Both the position numbers and the translations under genes were made by a program. A stretch of DNA of 64,000 bases from NCBI GenBank assembly GCA_964630355.1, contig CAZVSX010000006.1:8155-72154 (forward strand). The letters run 5' to 3'. Origin of the DNA: an uncultured Phascolarctobacterium sp. GTDB lineage: Bacteria; Bacillota; Negativicutes; Acidaminococcales; Acidaminococcaceae. The notes under the pieces were generated by a model that was not told where the DNA came from, searched no databases, and was given only the letters and a program-made list of their open reading frames with translations. Shown here piece after piece: positions 1 through 9,146 of this stretch. The first letter of the stretch is position 1. Every line of letters begins with the position of its first letter.

Positions 1-350
1 GGCGATAGAAATAAAATACCACTTATAATGACGATGACTGAAAATAGCATAGCCAAAAATAAGCCATGACGAACTACAACAGTAATTTTTTCTTTTTCAC
101 CTGCCCCCAGTAAATTGGCAATCATAGGCATGGCAGCCATTAATATACCACTAAAGCATGTTTGTACAGGCATCCAGATATTGCCGCCAATAGCTGTGCC
201 TGCCAAATCTGCATCTCCCGCCTGTCCTGACATACTAGCATCAAAAAAGTTCATTCCCATAATAGCTATCTGCGTTCCTATAATAGGCAGCATAACGCTT
301 AAAAGCCGCTTCACTTTATCCTGATAATCTTTTTGAAATATTTTTAGCAT
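1..350 (-). CDS. MATE family efflux transporter (NorM-like), 5' part; runs off the window start
   Basis: Manual translation from ATG at 350 (RBS AGGAGA at 355-360): MLKIFQKDYQDKVKRLLSVMLPIIGTQIAIMGMNFFDASMSGQAGDADLAGTAIG..., a typical MATE N-terminus. Confidence 0.85.
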   Translation of the reverse strand, partial: MLKIFQKDYQDKVKRLLSVMLPIIGTQIAIMGMNFFDASMSGQAGDADLAGTAIGGNIWMPVQTCFSGILMAAMPMIANLLGAGEKEKITVVVRHGLFLAMLFSVIVIISGILFLS

Positions 351-371
351 TTTATCTCCTTTTTATACGAC

Positions 372-406
372 AAAAGCCATACGACTAAAATATCCAGTCG
401 TATGGC
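372..406 (-). terminator. Intrinsic terminator/attenuator hairpin in the MATE leader
   Basis: 11-bp perfect stem GCCATACGACT (376-386) / AGTCGTATGGC (396-406) followed by UUUU on the minus strand. Confidence 0.7.
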
Positions 407-454
407 GAAAAGATGATTGAATCAGAAAAAATTGACAACAATTTTTTCAACGCT

Positions 455-484
455 ATTATAACAACAAAACTCTAGGATTGTCAA
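455..484 (-). promoter_or_regulatory. SigmaA-type promoter upstream of the MATE gene
   Basis: Minus strand TTGACA (484-479), N18, TATAAT (460-455), with an extended TGn. Confidence 0.7.
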
Positions 485-2373
485 GTCTCAGACTCATTCA
501 GTTCCGAAAGATACGCCCATCGCTCTATCATCGCATCAAGCTGACACTGTACAGTATTCTGCTGCTCTGTAAGTTCTGCCAAACTGATAAAATCACTGCC
601 GCAATTGTTTATTTTTGCTGCCAGCATTTTCAGTTCTGCTTCACTGCGGGCAATTTCCTGATCCAACTTTTGCAGCTCAAGACGTTCACTATAAGTCATT
701 TTCTTTTTTTCTGGTTCTGCTTTAGTTTCTTTACGAACAGTTGCTTCAGCCTTGCTATTGATAATCTTATCTTCATTGCACTTCAATAAAGCTTGAGTAT
801 AGTCACTGTATCCACCTATGTAAGACTGGATATGCCCATCAGATTCCAATGCAAAAATTTTCTGTGCAAAACGATCCAAAAAATATCTATCATGAGAAAC
901 TGCAATAACAGCTCCAGCAAAACTATCCAGATAATCCTCCAAAACAGAAAGTGTGGGAATATCCAAATCATTTGTTGGTTCATCCAAAAGCAATACATTA
1001 GGAGCTGTCATAAGAACACGCAAAAGATATAAGCGTCTTTTTTCACCGCCGCTAAGCTTGCTTACCGGCACCCACTGCAACTCCGGTGGAAACAGAAAAC
1101 GTTCCAGCATCTGTGCTGCACTTATCCTTTGTCCATCGGCAGTTTCAATATAATTATTTGCTTCTTTGATATATTCCAACACACGCATACTGCTGTCTGG
1201 AAATTCACTGTGCTGAGCAAAATAACCTATCTTTACAGTTTTGCCAACAGTAATTCTGCCGCTTGTAGGCTGTAAGCTTCCGGAAATAATATCCATAAGC
1301 GTAGATTTCCCAGCACCATTAGGCCCAACAATACCTATACGGTCATTTCGAAGCAGAATATAACTGAAATCCTTAATATAATTACAGCCGTCCCACTGCA
1401 TACCTATATCTTCAAGTTCAATAATCGTTTTTCCTAGACGACTGCTGACAGATGACATTTCTAGCGAATTCTCAGTTTTAAAATTCTTAACCTCTGCCTC
1501 AATTTTAGCAAAACGTTCTACACGGTCTTTTTTCTTAGTTCTGCGCGCTTCTGCTCCACGGCTTATCCATGCCAGCTCACGTCGGTAAATATTACGTAAT
1601 TTCTGTGCTGCAGAAGCCTCAGCAATCCGCCGCTCCTCTCTTTTCTGTAAAAAAAGACTGTAATTTCCTACATAAACATAACCTTTTCCAGCATCAATTT
1701 CTAAAGTTCGGTTAACAACCCTGTCAAAAAAATACCTGTCATGCGTTACCATAAGCAAAGCACCTTTTCGCAGTAACAGCTGCTGTTCCAGCCAAGCAAC
1801 TGTTGCATTATCCATATGGTTAGTAGGTTCGTCTAAAATCAGCAAATCCGAAGGACGTACAAGTACACCTGCCAAAGCTACACGCTTACGTTGTCCACCA
1901 CTTAGTTCTCCCATACGCTGCCGCAAATTAGTTATTCCTAACTGTGAAAGCGCTGCCTTAGCTTCGCTTTCCAACTGCCAGGCATATTTGCTGTCCATTT
2001 GCTGCTGTAAGTTCAGCAACTTTTGCTGCAACTTTTTATCATCTGGAGTTAAAGCAGCATTTTCCACTGCTGTTTCATAATCACGCAAAAGCACCATTAG
2101 AGGTGAATCACCGCGAAAAATCTGTTCCAGCACAGTAGCATCCGCATCAAAAGGAGGTTCCTGCGGCAAATATTCTATAACAACGTTTCCAGGAACAGTC
2201 AGCTTGCCGCCTCCTGCTTCACGCTTGGCAATCATGCGCAGCAGCGTACTTTTACCTGTACCGTTAACACCAATGATACCGTACTTGTCCCCTTCTTCTA
2301 CATTAAAAGTAACATTTTCAAATAATAATCTGTCGCCATAACTGTAAGATAGATTTTCTGCACTTAAAATCAT
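481..2373 (-). CDS. ABC-F family ATPase (Uup/YfmR-like)
   Basis: Two NBDs (GVNGTGKS and GPNGAGKS; LSGGQ and LSGGE; LDEPTNH and LDEPTND), no TM segments, C-terminal coiled-coil. Confidence 0.9.
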   Translation of the reverse strand: MILSAENLSYSYGDRLLFENVTFNVEEGDKYGIIGVNGTGKSTLLRMIAKREAGGGKLTVPGNVVIEYLPQEPPFDADATVLEQIFRGDSPLMVLLRDYETAVENAALTPDDKKLQQKLLNLQQQMDSKYAWQLESEAKAALSQLGITNLRQRMGELSGGQRKRVALAGVLVRPSDLLILDEPTNHMDNATVAWLEQQLLLRKGALLMVTHDRYFFDRVVNRTLEIDAGKGYVYVGNYSLFLQKREERRIAEASAAQKLRNIYRRELAWISRGAEARRTKKKDRVERFAKIEAEVKNFKTENSLEMSSVSSRLGKTIIELEDIGMQWDGCNYIKDFSYILLRNDRIGIVGPNGAGKSTLMDIISGSLQPTSGRITVGKTVKIGYFAQHSEFPDSSMRVLEYIKEANNYIETADGQRISAAQMLERFLFPPELQWVPVSKLSGGEKRRLYLLRVLMTAPNVLLLDEPTNDLDIPTLSVLEDYLDSFAGAVIAVSHDRYFLDRFAQKIFALESDGHIQSYIGGYSDYTQALLKCNEDKIINSKAEATVRKETKAEPEKKKMTYSERLELQKLDQEIARSEAELKMLAAKINNCGSDFISLAELTEQQNTVQCQLDAMIERWAYLSELNESET

Positions 2374-2421
2374 TATTTTTGTGTCTCCGTTTCCAATATT
2401 TTCTATAATCCATCATTAAAC

Positions 2422-2706
2422 TCATTCAATTATAAGCTGTAAATGTTCATTTGTCGCTGCTGCATCCTGCATGACCAAAAGCAGCTGTCTGCCGTACCAA
2501 CCTAAATACTCATCACTGCCAACCGCCTTAGGAATACATATCTGTATATCTTCTGTTATATCAGTAAGACAGTCATACAAAGCATCTAAATTAGCTCCAT
2601 AATATGTAGGCAAAGCTAATTTTCTGTGCAGATATTTATGCAGAGCAGGCAGACTGTGCATTTTCTCTAATTCTAAAGAAATTATTTGCATATCATTATT
2701 CCTCAT
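2422..2706 (-). CDS. Barstar family ribonuclease inhibitor
   Basis: LH..L...L.LP.YYG.NLDALYDCLTD barstar signature; directly downstream of a barnase gene. Confidence 0.92.
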   Translation of the reverse strand: MRNNDMQIISLELEKMHSLPALHKYLHRKLALPTYYGANLDALYDCLTDITEDIQICIPKAVGSDEYLGWYGRQLLLVMQDAAATNEHLQLIIE

Positions 2707-2730
2707 CTTTTACCCATACTGCTAAAAAAC

Positions 2731-3261
2731 TTATTTACCGTAAAGCTTAGTAAAACTATTATAATGATCGGCAGTATAATATATCAGTCCATCATTAGAA
2801 AAAACTATACGTTTACTGTTGCGATTTCCCTTTACATAATCAATATCACATTCAATCCAGTTCCTGCCGCTTTTTTTCGGCAGTTTTCCTTCATAATTTC
2901 CATAACGGTCACCGCCTATAGATTTACCAGGAGCAACCTTATCCAACGTTCCTTTAGTCTGCCAGCCAAGTTTTTTTGCTTGATTTTTTGTAATATAATT
3001 ATGCGGAAGTTTAGCATATTCATTAATGTAAGCAGCCACATGGTCCTTATCTGTATAACCTTTATCCTCGCTGATTTTTATTTTACTGCTGTTAGCTTTT
3101 ATATTATCAGCAGTATTAGCGTCCGTATTACTAAACTCATTGATACTCACAACTGTTTTAGGAGCAGTATTAACATCCTGCCTATCTTCTTTACTGCTGC
3201 ATCCCGCAATAATACTTATAATAAAAATCAAAGCCATGCATAAAGCTAATATTCTTTTCAT
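2731..3261 (-). CDS. Barnase-like guanyl-specific ribonuclease, predicted lipoprotein
   Basis: LPHNYITK, GKSIGGD, EGKLP, WIECDIDY, R.SKRIVFSNDGLIYYTADHY match barnase; lipobox IIAG-C. Confidence 0.92.
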   Translation of the reverse strand: MKRILALCMALIFIISIIAGCSSKEDRQDVNTAPKTVVSINEFSNTDANTADNIKANSSKIKISEDKGYTDKDHVAAYINEYAKLPHNYITKNQAKKLGWQTKGTLDKVAPGKSIGGDRYGNYEGKLPKKSGRNWIECDIDYVKGNRNSKRIVFSNDGLIYYTADHYNSFTKLYGK

Positions 3262-3307
3262 TGTTTTTTCTCCTTTTCTAAAAAAATATATGATTTTATT
3301 ATATCAT

Positions 3308-3339
3308 AAAAAATCCCCTTATCTTACAGATAAGGGGAT
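3308..3339 (-). terminator. Intrinsic terminator of the AGCS symporter gene
   Basis: Stem ATCCCCTTATCT / AGATAAGGGGAT plus a U-tract on the minus strand. Confidence 0.8.
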
Positions 3340-3366
3340 AAACTATTAATATTGCTGACAGTATTT

Positions 3367-4770
3367 TTAATCCTGCCAATAATCAAGTTTCTGCTTTAAG
3401 CCAATATCAGCTGCTTTAAACGTAGGATTTTTGCCCGCATTAAGCTGTTCAACATAGTTGTCCAGTGCTTTCAGTGCAGGGCCGCCAAGGATACAGATAA
3501 CCGGCAAATTGATAATTGCCATAAATCCCATAGTAACATCAGCAAGATCCCACATTGTTCCCATACTGGAGCCAGCACCAATAAAAATCAATACACAGGC
3601 AATAATACGATAGCAAAGAGTAAAAGTCTTACCTGGTACACGGCGTAAAATATAAGCAAAAGCATTATCAACATAGTACAAGTTGCCTAACAAAGTAGTA
3701 AAAGCAAATAATACCATAGACATTGTAATGAACAGCTTTGCATAATCCCCCATTGTAGCTGCCAGTGCAGCCTGTACATACGGAGCACCAGCAAGTTCCT
3801 TAGTAGGTTCAACACCGGAGCTAATGCACATAAATGCCGTAGCGGAACAAATCAGCAACGTATCAATAAAAACTGACAGCATTTGAACTAATCCCTGTTT
3901 TACAGGATGTGATACGTGGGCAGCAGCAGCAGCGTTAGGAGCAGAGCCAACACCAGCTTCGTTGCTGTACAAACCACGCTTAATGCCATACATCATGCAA
4001 CTGCCTGCAAAACCAGAGAAAATAGCTTGAAAGTCAAACGCCTCAGTAAAAATATTAGAAATAACTGTCGGCAGCAGATTAATATGCAGCATAGTCAGAA
4101 TGAAAGCCACCGAAATATAAATGATACCCATTAAAGGCACTAAAGTAGATGTAGCCTTAATAATACGTTTTCCTCCGCCTAATAGGCAATAACCAACAAG
4201 GATTGCTTCTACAGCACCAATAATCCAAGGAGTTGTAGCTGCATCATAAAAGCTTAATGTTGCAAATGTAGACTGCAAATTATAGGAACAAAGCATATTG
4301 AAACCAGCTCCATATGTAGCAATCAGGGCAACCGCAAAAATAACAGCCAGGGCACGGCTGCCTAAAGCAGCTTCAATATAATAAGCAGGGCCGCCATAAC
4401 TCCCGTGAGGCCCGTGCTTTTTATAAATCTGTGCCAAGGTACTTTCGATAAATGCAGAAGCACCGCCTACGAAAGCAATTACCCACATCCAGAAAACAGC
4501 ACCATAACCACCAAGACAAATAGCTGTAGAAATACCTATAATATTACCCGTACCTACACGTGAAGCAGTAGAAACCATCAAAGCCTGAAATGAAGAAACA
4601 GAGCCTTCAGCTACCGGTTTTTCTAAAATAACACGAATTGTTTCTTTCAGCAAACGTACTTGAACAAAACGGGTACGAAGCGTGTAATATAATCCAACAC
4701 CAATAAGCATAATAATCAGCAAATAGCTATACATAAAATTGCTGATTGCACCAATAATTTCACCAAACAT
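3367..4770 (-). CDS. Alanine/glycine:cation symporter (AGCS, AlsT-like)
   Basis: SSFQAL...RVGTGNI, GGPAYY, KRGLYSNEAGVGSAP and VFIDT motifs; multi-pass hydrophobic protein. Confidence 0.92.
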   Translation of the reverse strand: MFGEIIGAISNFMYSYLLIIMLIGVGLYYTLRTRFVQVRLLKETIRVILEKPVAEGSVSSFQALMVSTASRVGTGNIIGISTAICLGGYGAVFWMWVIAFVGGASAFIESTLAQIYKKHGPHGSYGGPAYYIEAALGSRALAVIFAVALIATYGAGFNMLCSYNLQSTFATLSFYDAATTPWIIGAVEAILVGYCLLGGGKRIIKATSTLVPLMGIIYISVAFILTMLHINLLPTVISNIFTEAFDFQAIFSGFAGSCMMYGIKRGLYSNEAGVGSAPNAAAAAHVSHPVKQGLVQMLSVFIDTLLICSATAFMCISSGVEPTKELAGAPYVQAALAATMGDYAKLFITMSMVLFAFTTLLGNLYYVDNAFAYILRRVPGKTFTLCYRIIACVLIFIGAGSSMGTMWDLADVTMGFMAIINLPVICILGGPALKALDNYVEQLNAGKNPTFKAADIGLKQKLDYWQD

Positions 4771-4911
4771 AATCCTGTCTCCCCCATAATATTTTTAGCT
4801 GTAATATTATATCACAATTTTTTCAAACATCACAATGATTAATCTTTTCATTATCAATTTTTTAACATAAAATCTTAAAAATAAACTAATTTTTCAGCTT
4901 AGTGAAAACCT

Positions 4912-5574
4912 TTAATATAGTTTTTTCAAACATTCTCTTAAACTGTCAAAACCCTCATATTCTAAATTAAATGCACCTGCCAAAGCTGCTTCCCCCAAAC
5001 GTAAACCAACATACTTATCTGTAACAGCCAAATAAGTATAAAGAAAATGCCTGTTGTAATTTAATAGTTTATTATCCCGTCCACGACAATTATTTACCAT
5101 TGTAAGGTACTCCTCACTTATGCTGTAAAGGTTATAATAATCACTGTATTCTGATGTTTCCTGATATAAAGCTTCCAATAAAATATCTTCCAAAAATCCG
5201 TGCCGCCAACGACGGCCTTTTTTCCTGCCGGGAAAGAAAAAGTGCGTGCAATACTTCACTTCTCTGAAAAAAGTATTGTCACGCACTGCAAAAAATTTCT
5301 GCATACGCCATTCCAGTTCATCTGCGGCATCAGCAATAAATACCGCCTTGCTTACTCGTTCACAGCCGTCCATTAGCCTAAGCTTTTTGGTCAGCAGCGG
5401 CAGCTTATCAAATCCTTGAAAATTAATAATCTGCATATTCGGCAGATGTTCTCCTTGTTTGAATAAATGCCTGAGATAAGCATGCATAAACTGTGCGATT
5501 TCTAATCTTTCACACAACAGCAAAACCTCAACGTTTATACTGTTTTGCTTATTCAAGTTAATGCTCCTTTTCAT
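4912..5574 (-). CDS. DUF3226-like (TOPRIM-related) protein, apparently degenerate
   Basis: LLLCE, QIINFQG, FIADAADE, FFFPG...GFLEDILL, YTYLA, VGLRLGEAA.AGA pattern resembles DUF3226. Confidence 0.55.
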   Translation of the reverse strand: MKRSINLNKQNSINVEVLLLCERLEIAQFMHAYLRHLFKQGEHLPNMQIINFQGFDKLPLLTKKLRLMDGCERVSKAVFIADAADELEWRMQKFFAVRDNTFFREVKYCTHFFFPGRKKGRRWRHGFLEDILLEALYQETSEYSDYYNLYSISEEYLTMVNNCRGRDNKLLNYNRHFLYTYLAVTDKYVGLRLGEAALAGAFNLEYEGFDSLRECLKKLY

Positions 5575-6604
5575 GCAGCATTTTTTCTGCTGCTGCTACA
5601 ACCTGCTCTACTGATAAGCGTGTCATACACTGCATATCACTGCACTTATGCTTCATGCCATCAGCACAGCCAAGACATGGAGGTTCGGCTGTCACAATTA
5701 AAGCATCCTTTGTATAAGGTCCGTAAAGCTTGGGACTTGACGGTCCATACATAGCAACAATGGGAACTTTTTGACTGATAGCTACATGCATAGGCCCACT
5801 GTCATTAGTAATAATAAGACTGCAGCGGCGCATTGCTGCTGCCAGCTCACCAATGCGGAAACAGCCTGTTGCCACAACAGGAGTTGTCTTCATAAGGCTG
5901 ACTGCCTCCTGTACCATTTCCTCATCCATCGTTCCACCAAAAAAAACAGGCCTATATCCCTTTTCTGCCAAAATATCAGCCACCTGAGCAAATCTCTCCG
6001 GTGACCATCGCTTCGTAACAACAGCACTGCCTATATTAAATCCAACAAGTTTATCACTGGCAAATACACCATGTTCACGCCAAAACTGTTCTGCTTGTTT
6101 TTGGTGTGCATCGCTCGGAAAAATCTCCAGTCCATTATGTTCCAGATTTTTTACACCTAATTGCGTTAAAACGTCCAAATACATATCAGCAGCATGTATT
6201 TTTCTGTTCAATGGCGTAAACATGTCCCATAATGGCTTAAACAAAGTATGTACAGCCCCCGCACGTATTTTTGCTTTTGTTAACGCACAAATAAAAGAAC
6301 AACGTTCATTAGGATGCAAATTAATAAGTATATCAAAATTCATACTACTCAAACGGCGTGCACATGCCATGAGCGCCAGCAAACTATTGTCCTTGCCTTT
6401 CTTATCAATCGTAATAACCTCATCAAGATAAGGATTATGCAGTACTACATCTTTTAATTTTTCATCTGCAAGAAAAGTAATATGTGCATCCGGTGCAGCC
6501 TTACGCAAAGCATGAATAAAAGGCGTAGTCAAAGTTAAATCACCTAAATGCATTAAAAATGTTACCAGTATTCTCTTACCATTTAATTCTACATTTTTTA
6601 TCAT
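5558..6604 (-). CDS. GT9 LPS heptosyltransferase (WaaF/WaaQ-like)
   Basis: HLGDL..TTP, KRWS.ERF, ITNDSGPMHVA, YGPS motifs. Confidence 0.88.
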   Translation of the reverse strand: MIKNVELNGKRILVTFLMHLGDLTLTTPFIHALRKAAPDAHITFLADEKLKDVVLHNPYLDEVITIDKKGKDNSLLALMACARRLSSMNFDILINLHPNERCSFICALTKAKIRAGAVHTLFKPLWDMFTPLNRKIHAADMYLDVLTQLGVKNLEHNGLEIFPSDAHQKQAEQFWREHGVFASDKLVGFNIGSAVVTKRWSPERFAQVADILAEKGYRPVFFGGTMDEEMVQEAVSLMKTTPVVATGCFRIGELAAAMRRCSLIITNDSGPMHVAISQKVPIVAMYGPSSPKLYGPYTKDALIVTAEPPCLGCADGMKHKCSDMQCMTRLSVEQVVAAAEKMLHEKEH

Positions 6605-7647
6605 TAGCTTTGAGCCACCTTTTCCCGATAAATATTATAAACCATTTCCGGTGTAATATCGTGCATGCAATGCCAGTCGCTGCATTTTTTCTTTAAACAG
6701 CCTACGCATTCAGCAGGCGATAAAAGTACAACAGAATTTTTGCTGCCATAAGGTCCTGTTCTATCAGCTTTAGTAGGTCCATACATAGCAATAAGAGGCT
6801 TTTTCAGAGCTGCTGCAAAATGCAGAGGCCCAGTATCTGCACTGATATAAAATTTACAGCCTTTGATTAAAGCAGCTAATTCACGCAGACTGGTTTTACC
6901 TATCATATCTAATAAGCGATGGTCTCTGCAGATAGATGTTATTTTCTTTCCTTTGGCTGCATCATCAGGGCCTCCTGCCAGTACAACATATTTACCGTCG
7001 CAAACTATTTTTTCAGCTAAAACAGCATAATGCTCAACAGGCCATTCTTTTGTCCACCAACGTGCACCGGGAACAATGACAACATAATCTTCACCATTCC
7101 AACCAAGTTCCTGCATTTTTTGCTGCACTAAAGCTGTTTCTTTGCCCAAATCCGGCATCGGAAAATGCACATCATCCAGAGAATTTATATTCGCCCCTAA
7201 ATAACGTGCTACATCAAGATACCGTTCAATGACATGAGCCTGACAATTTTCACCTTTAATTGCTTTGCTTATCAATCCGCTGCCTTCGCGCATCTCACAA
7301 TAGCCAATGCGGTTATTGCAGCCACTAATGGCCGCAATCACAGCACTTTTAAATAATCCCTGCATATCAATCACTAAGTCAAAATTCTTACTATGAAGCA
7401 ACCTGCGCATCTCACAGAAATATTTCAGCTTAGCACCTAATCCCATAGCTTTAAATTTTACTTTATCAAAATAAATAATTTCATCAATTACAGGTGCATC
7501 AGGTACAAAACCAGCAAACTGAGGATGAACCAGCCATGTAATTTTCGCCTTTGGATAACGCTGTCTAAGTGCCGCTGCAAAAGGAAGTGTATGTAGAATA
7601 TCTCCCAGCGAGCTCATTTTTATAAGTAAGATATTTTTATATTCCAT
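6604..7647 (-). CDS. waaC: GT9 LPS heptosyltransferase I (WaaC-like)
   Basis: KMSSLGDILHTLP, DMQGLFKSA, DTGPLH motifs. Confidence 0.8.
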   Translation of the reverse strand: MEYKNILLIKMSSLGDILHTLPFAAALRQRYPKAKITWLVHPQFAGFVPDAPVIDEIIYFDKVKFKAMGLGAKLKYFCEMRRLLHSKNFDLVIDMQGLFKSAVIAAISGCNNRIGYCEMREGSGLISKAIKGENCQAHVIERYLDVARYLGANINSLDDVHFPMPDLGKETALVQQKMQELGWNGEDYVVIVPGARWWTKEWPVEHYAVLAEKIVCDGKYVVLAGGPDDAAKGKKITSICRDHRLLDMIGKTSLRELAALIKGCKFYISADTGPLHFAAALKKPLIAMYGPTKADRTGPYGSKNSVVLLSPAECVGCLKKKCSDWHCMHDITPEMVYNIYREKVAQS

Positions 7648-7675
7648 GGAATCTTTGCTGTCCTTTTTTGATATT

Positions 7676-8182
7676 TTACTTATGTTGAAGAATATTTTTT
7701 ACAAAGTCTAATAAACTTCCGCCTTTAAACAGATATCCCCTAATACCTGCCGCCTCTGCCGCTTCTATATCACGTCTGCTGTCACCGATAAGAAAACTTT
7801 GCTCCATATCAATAGAATATTCCTGCATTGCTTTCAGCAACATTCCAGGTTTAGGCTTACGGCATTCACATAACCCAGTGTATTCATTTATACTGCCTTC
7901 CGGATGATGGGGACAGTAATAAATTTTTTCAATACTGCCACCAGCGGAAATAATTTTCTGCTGCATAAAATCATGCAGTTTCTGCATATCTTCTACCGTA
8001 TAATAACCTCTGGCTATACCGCTTTGGTTAGTCACGATAAAAACCTTATAACCCTGCACAGTAAGATAAGCAATCGCCTGAAGTGCACCATCAATCCAAC
8101 GTAAATCCTCAATTTTATAAAGGTAAGCTACATCAACATTGATAACTCCGTCACGATCCAAAAAAACGGCTTTAGCCTTCAT
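7676..8182 (-). CDS. gmhB: D-glycero-D-manno-heptose 1,7-bisphosphate phosphatase
   Basis: FLDRDGVIN, VTNQSGIARG, CPHHP..C.CRKP.PGM, IGD; start moved to the ATG at 8182. Confidence 0.93.
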   Translation of the reverse strand: MKAKAVFLDRDGVINVDVAYLYKIEDLRWIDGALQAIAYLTVQGYKVFIVTNQSGIARGYYTVEDMQKLHDFMQQKIISAGGSIEKIYYCPHHPEGSINEYTGLCECRKPKPGMLLKAMQEYSIDMEQSFLIGDSRRDIEAAEAAGIRGYLFKGGSLLDFVKNILQHK

Positions 8183-9146
8183 ATACGTAATACCCACCAG
8201 TCTTATCCAATAAAGCACAGTACTCAGCAATCGCTTCTTCAATAGGAGTAAAACCGCCATCATAGCCAGCATTTATAAGATTAGTTGTATCCGCTTCTGT
8301 AAAGCTCTGATATTTTCCTTTCAGCACTTCCGGGAAAGGAACATACTCCAGTTCTCCACTGCCAAAATGTTCTAAAACACCCTTTGCAAGAGTATTAAAA
8401 GGATGTGCATGACCAGTACCGCAGTTAAAAATACCGCTGATTTCCGGATGCTCCCAAAAATAGAAATTTACTTTAACCACATCTTTTACATAAACAAAGT
8501 CACGTGTATGTTCACCAGGCCCATAACCAGCATATTCACCAAAAAGTCTTACCTTATGCTCTGCTTTCCACTGATTATACATTTGATAAATCATGGAAGC
8601 CATTTTACCCTTATGATTTTCCTGTGGGCCATAAACATTAAAATAGCGCAGACCAACAACCTGACTTTCCGCATAAGGCAGCAAACGACGCAGATAGTTA
8701 TCAAAAAACAGCTTAGAGAAAGCATAAACATTCAAAGCTTCTTCACACGCAGGCTCCTCGCGGAAACCATTCACACCGCTGCCGTAAGTGGAAGCAGAAG
8801 AAGCATACATCATCTGGATTTTTCTGTCTAAGCAAAAATGCAGTACATTCTTAGTGTATTCAAAGTTATTTTCCATCATGTACTTTCCGTTATACTCCAT
8901 GGTATCAGAGCAAGCACCCTCGTGAAAAATGACATCTATTTTTTCATGATTAAATTTACCCGCCTTTAAAGCATCTATAAAAGCATATTTATCCATGTAA
9001 TCATGAACTTTCAGACCTTGAATATTCTTAAATTTTACCATGTTAGTCAAATTATCAACAACTAAAATATCATCTATGCCACGATCATTTAAACCTTTAA
9101 CAATATTACTGCCGATAAAACCGGCTCCTCCGGTTACAATAATCAT
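8172..9146 (-). CDS. hldD: ADP-L-glycero-D-manno-heptose 6-epimerase
   Basis: [51 protein letters not shown]. Confidence 0.95.
   Translation of the reverse strand: MIIVTGGAGFIGSNIVKGLNDRGIDDILVVDNLTNMVKFKNIQGLKVHDYMDKYAFIDALKAGKFNHEKIDVIFHEGACSDTMEYNGKYMMENNFEYTKNVLHFCLDRKIQMMYASSASTYGSGVNGFREEPACEEALNVYAFSKLFFDNYLRRLLPYAESQVVGLRYFNVYGPQENHKGKMASMIYQMYNQWKAEHKVRLFGEYAGYGPGEHTRDFVYVKDVVKVNFYFWEHPEISGIFNCGTGHAHPFNTLAKGVLEHFGSGELEYVPFPEVLKGKYQSFTEADTTNLINAGYDGGFTPIEEAIAEYCALLDKTGGYYVYEG

Noticed and set aside
432-460. Plus-strand TTGACA...TATTAT as an antisense promoter into the ABC-F gene
   Set aside because: Suboptimal spacing, and explained by the AT-rich palindrome and the opposite-strand -10; unsupported without TSS data
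2686-3243. 185-aa plus-strand ORF
   Set aside because: Antisense to the well-supported barnase gene
4771-4911. Possible glycine riboswitch or T-box before the AGCS symporter
   Set aside because: Short AT-rich spacer without either consensus; the extended -10 lies close to the RBS
8183-8272. N-terminal extension of GmhB
   Set aside because: Overlaps hldD; family homology starts at MKAKAVFLDRDG
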